Assembly: GCA_041946805.1 (NCBI GenBank)
Contig: JBHGBC010000010.1
Coordinates: 1-64,000, forward strand
From: a bacterium
GTDB lineage: Bacteria; Hinthialibacterota; Hinthialibacteria; Hinthialibacterales; Hinthialibacteraceae
DNA: 64,000 nucleotides
Direction of reading: 5' to 3'
Position 1 is the first letter of the stretch, and every line of letters begins with the position of its first letter. The notes below the pieces were generated by a model. It was not told where the DNA came from. It saw only the letters and a list, made by a program, of their open reading frames with translations, and searched no databases. A program made the translations under genes and the position numbers. Positions 10,195 through 18,186 of this stretch are shown one piece after another.

Positions 10195-12468
10195 TCACAC
10201 TTTCCGCAGTTTCGCGTATTGCTGCGCCAAAATTTTGCGGCCCACTTCTTGAAATTCGATCGTGATGAGGGTCTTCTCACCCTCGCCCTCGACATTCAAC
10301 ACCACGCCGAAACCGAAAGTGCGGTGTGTCACCATGTCCCCGGGTGAAAACCGGACCTCCGGAACTCTGGCCGGCCGGGTCTCCCGCGCCGGAGTATCGA
10401 ATTCCGGCAGCCAGCCCGGTCCCTCCATCAGCGAATCCAGGTTCGCGTTCCAAACAATACGCTCCTTGTATTGATTCGGTATTTCTCCAATGAACCGGCT
10501 GGGCTGGCTGGGCTCCCGGCGGTTGTACAACTGGCGCGAATCGGCGTATGTCAGGTAAACCTTTTTCTTCGCCCGGGTGATGCCCACGTAACCTAGCCGC
10601 CGCTCTTCCTCCATGTCCTCGGGGTTGGGTGATTCCACCGCGCGCCGGTACGGAAACAGCCCTTCCTCCATCCCGGCCATGAAGACATAGGGAAACTCCA
10701 ACCCCTTGGCGCTGTGCACGGTCATCAAAACCAGCGCGTCGCCCGATTCGTTCATCTGGTCCACATCCGAAATGAGCGCGATGTTTTCCAGGTAATGCTG
10801 CAAGATGGAGAGAGTGTCCAGCGGGGCCGGCGTCTCCAATTTTTCCTCGAACAGGGCCACGCTGTTGATGAGCTCCCTGACGTTTTCCACCCGCGCTTCG
10901 TCCTGGGGATTCGGACTTTCTTGCAGCAGGTCCATATATCCGGATTCCGTGACGATTTTTTCGGCCAGTTCGTGCGCGGAAAGCGGTCCGGAGAGCGATT
11001 GCCAATGCTCGAACTGGTTGGCGAATTCCATGAATCCCGTCCGTGACGCGGGCGGCAATCCGGCTGCCGCGCCCCTTTCGCCCGCCCGGCGGGCGGCTTC
11101 GAGAATCGGGACATTCATCCGCTCAGCAGCCTGGATCAACTTCTGGACCGTTTTCTCGCCCAACTTACGGCTGGGGATATTGATGATCCGCTCGAACGCA
11201 ACCACATCCGCGGGATTGATCAGCAACCGCGCGAAGGCCAGGACATCCTTGATTTCCTTGCGCTGGTAAAAAGCCATCCCCCCCACGACGGTGTAGGGAA
11301 TCCCCCGGCGGACACATTCCTCCTCGAACAGGCGCGATTGGGCGTTGGTGCGGAAAAACACAGCGATGTCTCCATACGGGACCTTCTCCTCGCCCTCATG
11401 CAGCCGCTGCGCCTGGCCGCAGATCCAATAGGCTTCCGAATGCTCTTCCGGCAGATTGACGATTCCAGCCTTTTCTCCCATCACGCCTTTCGTCCACAAG
11501 GTTTTGGCATGCCGGGATTGATTGTGCCGTATCAATCCGCCGGCCGCCTCCAGGATCGTCTGCGTGGAACGGTAATTCTGCTCCAACCGCACAGTCCGCA
11601 GGTTGCCATAATCACGCCCGAAGAAGAGGATGTTCTCCACGGCGGCCCCGCGCCACCGGTAAATCGACTGGTCATCGTCGCCCACCACGCAGACTTGCCC
11701 ATGGCCGCGCGCCAATTCTTTGATCAGCATCGCCTGCGGCACGTTGGTGTCCTGGTATTCATCGACCAGGATGTGCTGAAACCGCTGCCGGTACACATCG
11801 CCCACGGAGGGGACTGAGCGGATGAGGCGCACGCACTCCAGCAGCAGGTCGTCAAAATCCAGCGCGTGGTTCGCGCGCAAGACCTTCTGGTACTCCGCGT
11901 ATACCACCGCGGCGGCCTGGTCGATGGCGCTCTTCGCCTTCTCCGTGTATTCCTTCGGCCCCTCGAACCGGTTTTTGGCCTGGGAGATTTGATATAGGAA
12001 TTGCGCAGGGGACACGCGGTTGTCCTCCCCGATCTGGCACTGGGCGCGCGCCCGTTTCACCGCGGCGGTTTGATCGGCGGTGTCATAGATGACGAAATTC
12101 GAATCAATGCCCATGGCCTGGCCGTCCATACGCAAGATCCGCGCGCAGATGGAATGAAAAGTGCCGATCCACAATCCCTTGGGCATCCCGCCAAGCAGCT
12201 CCTGGACCCGTTCTTGCATTTCGCGGGCCGCCTTGTTCGTGAAGGTCACGGCCAGCACGTTCCACGGGGCTAAACCCAAAACCGAGATCAAGTACGCCAC
12301 CCGGTAGGTGATGACCCTGGTCTTGCCGCTGCCCGCCCCCGCCAGCACCAAGAGCGGCCCGCCGGTGTACGTCACCGCTTCATACTGGGGCGGATTCAGA
12401 TCCTGTTTCAGTTTTTTCAGGAACTCATTGGCTTTTGGATTCATGGAGGATGCCGGTCGTTTCGACAT
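10195..12468 (-). CDS. pcrA: ATP-dependent DNA helicase PcrA/UvrD
   Basis: AGAGSGKT, VDEYQD, VGDDDQSIY, QNYRST, HSAKGLEF, EEERRL; C-terminal Tudor-like HRTFGFG. Confidence 0.95.
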   Translation of the reverse strand: MSKRPASSMNPKANEFLKKLKQDLNPPQYEAVTYTGGPLLVLAGAGSGKTRVITYRVAYLISVLGLAPWNVLAVTFTNKAAREMQERVQELLGGMPKGLWIGTFHSICARILRMDGQAMGIDSNFVIYDTADQTAAVKRARAQCQIGEDNRVSPAQFLYQISQAKNRFEGPKEYTEKAKSAIDQAAAVVYAEYQKVLRANHALDFDDLLLECVRLIRSVPSVGDVYRQRFQHILVDEYQDTNVPQAMLIKELARGHGQVCVVGDDDQSIYRWRGAAVENILFFGRDYGNLRTVRLEQNYRSTQTILEAAGGLIRHNQSRHAKTLWTKGVMGEKAGIVNLPEEHSEAYWICGQAQRLHEGEEKVPYGDIAVFFRTNAQSRLFEEECVRRGIPYTVVGGMAFYQRKEIKDVLAFARLLINPADVVAFERIINIPSRKLGEKTVQKLIQAAERMNVPILEAARRAGERGAAAGLPPASRTGFMEFANQFEHWQSLSGPLSAHELAEKIVTESGYMDLLQESPNPQDEARVENVRELINSVALFEEKLETPAPLDTLSILQHYLENIALISDVDQMNESGDALVLMTVHSAKGLEFPYVFMAGMEEGLFPYRRAVESPNPEDMEEERRLGYVGITRAKKKVYLTYADSRQLYNRREPSQPSRFIGEIPNQYKERIVWNANLDSLMEGPGWLPEFDTPARETRPARVPEVRFSPGDMVTHRTFGFGVVLNVEGEGEKTLITIEFQEVGRKILAQQYAKLRKV

Positions 12469-12599
12469 TGGACTTTTCGAATTACTTCAGGGCGTATTCA
12501 AGCCCGTATAAGCCGGTTTGTGAATGCAAGGACATTGGCTGCGTGAGCATGATGGCGGCGAGATTGTGTTTTTTCAAAGGCGGCTCACACGCACCGATC

Positions 12600-12627
12600 G
12601 TAAGGGCACAATGCAAAGTGCCCTTAC
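12600..12627. repeat. REP-like perfect palindrome (possible terminator)
   Basis: GTAAGGGCAC-AATGCAAA-GTGCCCTTAC, 10-bp stem. Confidence 0.65.
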
Positions 12628-12678
12628 ATCGGCATGTACAAGGTTTTGCGATTTTAAAGCTATGTCCTGGTTATCTCT

Positions 12679-12909
12679 CTACCGCCTCCCTTCATTCTTC
12701 CAATCCAATATTTCTTCCAGAGTGCCCAGAGGATTTTTTTTCTGTAATTCCCGTAGTTCCGCGTAGGCGTTTTTCGCGGCAGGCAGGCAAGGAGTGAGAA
12801 CCGCGACGATTTTTCCCCGCCGGGTGATATGAAATGTCTCTCCGTTTTCCACTCGCTTGAGAATCCCGCCAAATCGCCTTTGTACTCGTGTTACGGGTAT
12901 CTCAATCAT
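12679..12909 (-). CDS. Phd/YefM-family antitoxin
   Basis: FGGILKRVENGETFHITRRGKIVAVLTP...ILDWKNEGRR; AGGAG RBS before the ATG at 12909. Confidence 0.85.
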   Translation of the reverse strand: MIEIPVTRVQRRFGGILKRVENGETFHITRRGKIVAVLTPCLPAAKNAYAELRELQKKNPLGTLEEILDWKNEGRR

Positions 12910-13014
12910 TGGTGATTCTCCTTTCCCCCCTTCCGCCCGCATCCCCAACCGGCTTTCCAAGTTGTACACTATTACGAACAGCCGCGTCAACCACACGGTT
13001 TTCATCAAATATCT

Positions 13015-13225
13015 GGATCATCCGGGAAATGCGTACCTGATGAGGCAATACTGATTCCATCCCCTCCGGGATGGGAGCAGACACCTGGGTCCGCATCTAT
13101 AAAAAATACCCTCACCTTGGCCCTCTCCCAGAGGGAGAGGGGATTTTGGGGGGCGGTTTTCATCGATCAGTTCGTCGATCTGCAAACCGGCGGTCTGAAA
13201 AAAGTACCCACTTGCCGGATGAACC
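13015..13225 (+). mobile_element. MITE-like 211-bp element, copy 1
   Basis: Imperfect TIRs GGATCATCCGGGAAATGCGTAC and GTACCCACTTGCCGGATGAACC; alignable end to end with 15708-15919 and 40088-40298. Confidence 0.85.
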
Positions 13226-13251
13226 AAATTTCCATTGGATCCGAGGTGAAC

Positions 13252-13593
13252 ATGAGTCCGATCGAGACCTTCGACAACGCCTATCCGGGACGCCGATACA
13301 AAATCGCCATCACCTGCCCTGAATTCACGTCCGTATGCCCCAAAACCGGCAATCCGGATTTCGGCACCATCCGCATCGAATACATCCCCGGCAAAAAGTG
13401 CATTGAACTCAAATCGTTGAAGATCTACCTTTTCGGCTACCGCAACCAGGGCATCTTTTATGAGATGGTGACCAACAAGATTCTCGATGACCTGGTCGCG
13501 GCCTGCGAACCGTTATGGATGAAAGTCGAAGGCGATTTCAATCCCCGTGGCGGCATCACCACGGTGGTCAGCGCGGTATACGAAAAGCCTTAA
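13252..13593 (+). CDS. queF: NADPH-dependent preQ0 reductase (short type)
   Basis: PEFTSVCPKTGNPDF, IELKSLKIYL, FNPRGGI. Confidence 0.95.
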   Translation: MSPIETFDNAYPGRRYKIAITCPEFTSVCPKTGNPDFGTIRIEYIPGKKCIELKSLKIYLFGYRNQGIFYEMVTNKILDDLVAACEPLWMKVEGDFNPRGGITTVVSAVYEKP

Positions 13594-13792
13594 GGAATCT
13601 GCTCCCCTGCCTGGCGTTACCGCTTCTTGCCTGGAGTAAAATCTACGCTTTTTTTTGATTTTGCCTCCCAGCCCCCGCATCAATCCCCGGCCTCCCTCCT
13701 GAAACTGGCTTGACAGGATTTGTTTTTCATAATCTACTAATTAGATCGGTTTAATAAACATTATTCTCTGATTGAGACAAGGACGCACTCTC

Positions 13793-14839
13793 ATGGACGA
13801 AAAGCTGAATCAATTCCTCGAAAAAATGATCCACGATATGGGATCCGCCGCCAGCGCGCCCCTCGTGATCATCGGCGACCGCCTCGGCCTCTACAAAGCC
13901 CTGGATCAACACGGCCCCCTCAATTCCCAGGAATTGGCGGAAAAAACTGGCACCCATGAGCGCTACATCCGGGAATGGCTGGCTGCCCAGGCCGCTTCGG
14001 GTTATATCAGCTATGACACGGATTCCCAAAAGTTTCATTTGTCTCCCGAACAAAAGGCCGTGTTCGCCGATGAAAACAGCCCCATGAACATGACCGGCGG
14101 ATTCTACAGCGTGGCCTCGATCATGATCGACGAACCCAAGATCACTGATGCCTTCCGCACCGGGGAGGGCGTCGGCTGGCACGATCACCACGATTGCCTT
14201 TTCTGCGGAACCGCGAAATTCTTCCGCCCCGGTTATCTGGCGCACATCACCCAGGAATGGATCCCCTCCCTCAACGGCACGCACGACGTTCTCCACCGGG
14301 GCGCCAAAGTAGCCGATGTCGGCTGCGGCTACGGCGTATCGACTCTCATCATGGCCCGGGAATTTCCTCATTCTCAGTTCTATGGATTCGATTATCATGA
14401 AAAATCCATTCATCAGGCGCGGGCCAACGCCCGCGAAAGCGGGCTGAAGAATGTCTTCTTTGAAACCGCCACCGCCCAGAATTTTCCTGGAAACGATTAC
14501 GATGTGATCGCCTTTTTCGATTGCCTCCATGACATGGGCGATCCGGTGGGCGCCGTGGCGCATGCCCGCCGGGCGCTGAAACCGGACGGCGCGCTGATGA
14601 TCATCGAGCCGTACGCCGAAGACGAAATGGAAAAGAATCTCAACCCGGTGGGACGCTTGTATTACGCCTTCTCCACCATGGTTTGCACCCCGGCCTCCCT
14701 GAGCCAGGATGTCCGCCTGGGTCTGGGAGCGCAGGCTGGCGAGAAACGCCTCCGTGAAGTGGTCACCCAAGGCGGTTTCACCCAATTCCGCCGCGCCTCG
14801 CAAACGCCGTTTAACCTGGTTTTGGAAGCCCGGCCGTGA
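13793..14839 (+). CDS. Class I SAM-dependent methyltransferase with N-terminal wHTH
   Basis: IGDRLGLYKAL...ERYIREWL, VADVGCGYG, DCLHDMGDP, LGAQAGE. Confidence 0.9.
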   Translation: MDEKLNQFLEKMIHDMGSAASAPLVIIGDRLGLYKALDQHGPLNSQELAEKTGTHERYIREWLAAQAASGYISYDTDSQKFHLSPEQKAVFADENSPMNMTGGFYSVASIMIDEPKITDAFRTGEGVGWHDHHDCLFCGTAKFFRPGYLAHITQEWIPSLNGTHDVLHRGAKVADVGCGYGVSTLIMAREFPHSQFYGFDYHEKSIHQARANARESGLKNVFFETATAQNFPGNDYDVIAFFDCLHDMGDPVGAVAHARRALKPDGALMIIEPYAEDEMEKNLNPVGRLYYAFSTMVCTPASLSQDVRLGLGAQAGEKRLREVVTQGGFTQFRRASQTPFNLVLEARP

Positions 14840-14887
14840 ATCCGCGCCGGCCGGGAAGGGGAGAGGGAAGGAAGCGGAGAGAATACC

Positions 14888-15541
14888 TTAAGCCGGGGTT
14901 TGGTTGTTCACCCACTCGAACGCCTTCATCAGCAGTTCGTTGGTGTTTTCCAGATGGAGTTTCTCCTTGATCCGCATCCGGTAGGTCTCGATGGTCTTGA
15001 CGCTTAAATGTAAATGATCGGCGATCTTCCGGGTTGTGTATCCCTGGCCGATCAACCGGAACACTTCGATCTCCCGGTCGCTGAGGCCCTCGATCGACGA
15101 CAGAATCCCCGCCGGTTTCTGGCCCGATATCTTCTGCAGGATTTTCGAGGCCATGGTTTCGCTGACGTAAATCTGCCCCTCCAGGACTTTCCGGATGGCG
15201 ATCATGATCTTGTCCGTCAATTCCTGCTTCATGATGTATCCCATCGCCCCGGCCTTCAAAGCCCTTTCGGCGAAATGGGATTCTTCGTGCAGCGAGATCA
15301 CCAGAATGGGGAATTCGCTGTACCGCGCGCGGATGAGTTTGATCAACTCGATGCCGTTGCTTTCCCCCAAGTGAATGTCCACAATGGCGATGTCCGGCTT
15401 CTCGCTGTCGATTTTGTGCAAGGCCGAAATCACACTGTCCGCCTCGGCGCAGACAATCAAATCATTCTCCTGGTTGATGAGTTGTTTGAGCCCATGCCGC
15501 ACAATGGGATGATCATCCACGATGAGTATTTTACTTTTCAT
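14888..15541 (-). CDS. NarL/LuxR-family response regulator
   Basis: REC domain (VDDHPIVR, IVDI) plus LuxR HTH (LSDREIEV...LSVKTIETYR). Confidence 0.95.
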   Translation of the reverse strand: MKSKILIVDDHPIVRHGLKQLINQENDLIVCAEADSVISALHKIDSEKPDIAIVDIHLGESNGIELIKLIRARYSEFPILVISLHEESHFAERALKAGAMGYIMKQELTDKIMIAIRKVLEGQIYVSETMASKILQKISGQKPAGILSSIEGLSDREIEVFRLIGQGYTTRKIADHLHLSVKTIETYRMRIKEKLHLENTNELLMKAFEWVNNQTPA

Positions 15542-15707
15542 GGATTTGCCAGTTCAGAGCGCCAGGATGGATACATTCCACTCCCCTTATTCGTTCAGTC
15601 CGGTTTTTTCCACCTCCCAACGAACCTTGCGAGACAGGTGAGTTCGCGCCCGCGGACTCCACGGCATGCCTGAGATGGCCGGCCTGACCGGGGCTCCGAT
15701 ATTTTAT

Positions 15708-15919
15708 TGATCATCCGGGAAGTGCGTACCGAATGAGGCAATACCGATTCAATCCACTCCGGGATGAGGGCAGACACCCGGGTCCGCCTCTACAAAAATA
15801 CCCTCACCTTGGCCCTCTCCCCGAGGGAGAGGGGATTTTGGGGTGGGCGGTTTTCAACGATCATATCGTAGAACTGCAAACCGGCGGTCTGAAAAAAGTG
15901 CACACTTGCCAGATGAACC
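15708..15919 (+). mobile_element. MITE-like element, copy 2
   Basis: TGATCATCCGGGAAGTGCGTAC...CACACTTGCCAGATGAACC; internal GTAG-REP and CCCTCTCCC hairpin. Confidence 0.85.
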
Positions 15920-16033
15920 ATATTTTTATCTATTCTACCCAGATTTCCCGAAAATGAAAATCAGTTTCGCAGCAACTTGTTTCAAGTCCGGTTGAAACAA
16001 GGAAATGTATGTTTTAAATTTTTAAAATAAAAC

Positions 16034-16295
16034 AGTTCATCCGGTACAGGCGCCCTTTGCCAGGAGAGGGAAGCGGCGATCCCATCGAACGGATTTGAGA
16101 GAACTATCCCAATTCCCTCTCCCTCTGGGAAAGGGGCAGAGTGAGGGAAAGCCTACTGACGATGCTTTCATTCTTCCAATTGCGAGGAACCTTAGGCGAA
16201 GCAGGAAGATGAGTTCCCTTCAGGGGATGCCTGTACAGCAGCCCAGGGGGTCAATCCCGGGCAAAAGTCTTGTTTACGCATTACTCGGATGAAAC
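16034..16295. mobile_element. Variant TIR-bounded composite element (about 262 bp)
   Basis: Ends AGTTCATCCGG and TCGGATGAAAC; contains an inverted CCCTCTCCC hairpin (16115-16147) and a CCCTTCAGGG/GCCCAGGG hairpin pair (16213-16262). Confidence 0.65.
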
Positions 16296-16531
16296 TAAAA
16301 ACATTGTCCGTTCCCCTCCCGGGGATGCGCCTATGATTCAACATGCTGCGAGGGAATTTTCTGACCGGGATGAATTTGGACCGAAACGAAAATTGAAATT
16401 TTCTAGAAATAAGGCGGATGTCAAAATACTTCAGGAATTTTTCATTCCGTGCGCGGGGAAATCAGGGGAAGGAGCGGCCTCGAACGGAAGAAGGCCATCG
16501 GCGGGATAGCGGGGCGCCGTCCGCCCACGGT

Positions 16532-16870
16532 TCAGCTCATCAAGGCGTCCAACGCTTCGAATTCCGAGGGATAGATGGTGAATATCTTGTTCAATTGCAC
16601 CACTTCGAATAATTCCTTGATCTGGGGATGCAAATCGCAGAAAGCCATCACGCCCTGCTGGGGTTCCAGCCGTTTCATGCCTTCCATCAAGGCGCGGATC
16701 CCCGCACTGCTCATATACTCCAAACTGGAGAAGTTGATGAGGATCTTGTTCGCGCCTTCTTGAATGGAGCGGTTAAGTATCCCGGTGAACTCCGACAACG
16801 CGTTGAAGTCCATTCTTCCATCCGGTTTGATGATCGCGACACCCGATTCGTTGCGCACCTCTATTTTCAT
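16532..16870 (-). CDS. STAS-domain anti-sigma factor antagonist (RsbV/SpoIIAA-like)
   Basis: GRMDF...LEYMSSAGIRAL with the phospho-Ser motif; 112 aa. Confidence 0.92.
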   Translation of the reverse strand: MKIEVRNESGVAIIKPDGRMDFNALSEFTGILNRSIQEGANKILINFSSLEYMSSAGIRALMEGMKRLEPQQGVMAFCDLHPQIKELFEVVQLNKIFTIYPSEFEALDALMS

Positions 16871-17052
16871 TGTTTCACACCCACGGTCAGATTCAATCCA
16901 CGCCGGATTGAGACATATCGTTGAAAAATTCCTCCCGGGGAAAGAAGTCTTCCCGGAGTTACCGGCCTTACCATACCATTTTCAGATTACGGGGGGAATG
17001 CCCGCCGGGAACATCGGGACGGGAAAGTTGGATTTTTTCCCCTAACCAGGAT

Positions 17053-18186
17053 TCATTTCCGGTCCACGGCCACTAACGTCAAATCGTCCGTGGGTTCCCC
17101 CGCCCGCCGGGCGGCGGTTTCCTGAAAGGTCCAGTCGAGGAATTCGGGGGCGGGAAGCCGTATCCAGGGCTGGATCATGTCCATGAAGGCCTTGCGTCCC
17201 AACATCTCATTGTTCTTCAACCGGGTTTCCGTGAAGCCGTCCGTGTAGAGAAGGATCCGGTCGCCGTGGGCCAGGGGCAAGACGGACTGGTGCGTCTCCT
17301 GGACCTGGAATTTTTGGATCCCCACCGGCAGGGTATGCGAGGCCACGGTCTCGAACTCATCGCGGTTCGTCCGCCAGATCAGGATATCGGGATGCCCGGC
17401 GTTGGCGGCGGTGAGGATCCCCTGGCGGGCGTCGATCTGCACGATCACCAGCGTGAAAAAGATGCCGGTGACGCAGAATTTCTCGGTCGCGAACTGATTG
17501 ATCTGGTGCAGGATCTCATACGGCTGGCCGGGTTTGGCCATGAGGAGAGAGAGTTGGTGATGAATCATGGTGGCCACCAGGGAGGCGGCCACGCCATGGC
17601 CGGTCACGTCATAGAGGGCTACCCCGATGCGGTCGTCGCCGTAAACCTGGGCGGTCAAGTAATCTCCCCCGATCTCGATCAGGGGTTCATAACGCAGATG
17701 GAGTGACAGCAGGGGTGTGTCCAGGTTCGGCGGCAGCATGCAACGCTGGATCAGGGAAGCCAGGTGCAGGTCTTCCTTCATCTGTTGTTCCTGCTGTTTG
17801 ACTTTTTGTTCCAGCTCGGCCCGGGTGAGCACCCGCTTCACCACTTGCAGCATCATGTCCAGATCGATCGGCTTGGTGATGAAATCGGCGGCGCCCAGTT
17901 TCATGGCCTTCACGGCCCGCTCGATGGTGCCGAACGCGGTCATGATGATGACGGGCACGTCGTTGCCGCCGGCGTGGATGCGCTTCAGCAATTCCAGCCC
18001 GTCCATCACCGGCATCATGATATCGCTGATCACCACGCCGGGATGTTCCTGGTCCAGAATGCGCAAGGCTTCCTCGCCGTTTTCCGCCTCCAACACATCG
18101 TACCCTTCCATTTCCGCGTAATCCCGCAGGTTTTGGCGGATATCCTCTTCGTCATCGACCAACAACAACAAGCCTTTGCCGCTCAT
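17053..18186 (-). CDS. Response regulator with PP2C/SpoIIE phosphatase output
   Basis: REC (LLVDDE, SDIMMP, KP) plus IGGDY, DVTGHG, NAGHP, YTDGFTE, DDLTLV. Start overlaps the kinase stop (ATGA). Confidence 0.92.
   Translation of the reverse strand: MSGKGLLLLVDDEEDIRQNLRDYAEMEGYDVLEAENGEEALRILDQEHPGVVISDIMMPVMDGLELLKRIHAGGNDVPVIIMTAFGTIERAVKAMKLGAADFITKPIDLDMMLQVVKRVLTRAELEQKVKQQEQQMKEDLHLASLIQRCMLPPNLDTPLLSLHLRYEPLIEIGGDYLTAQVYGDDRIGVALYDVTGHGVAASLVATMIHHQLSLLMAKPGQPYEILHQINQFATEKFCVTGIFFTLVIVQIDARQGILTAANAGHPDILIWRTNRDEFETVASHTLPVGIQKFQVQETHQSVLPLAHGDRILLYTDGFTETRLKNNEMLGRKAFMDMIQPWIRLPAPEFLDWTFQETAARRAGEPTDDLTLVAVDRK

Noticed and set aside
13018..13227. Small similar ORFs at the MITE copies (PLPLGEGQGEG / PHLGPLPEGEG peptides)
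   Set aside because: Different frames and strands are open in different copies; they are translations of the repeat.
15588..15668. Possible remnant of a receiver-domain C-terminus (PWSPR...LSRKVR) cut by the MITE
   Set aside because: Too short and weak to distinguish from chance.
15976..16001. CRISPR repeat
   Set aside because: Single copy, no spacers, no cas genes.
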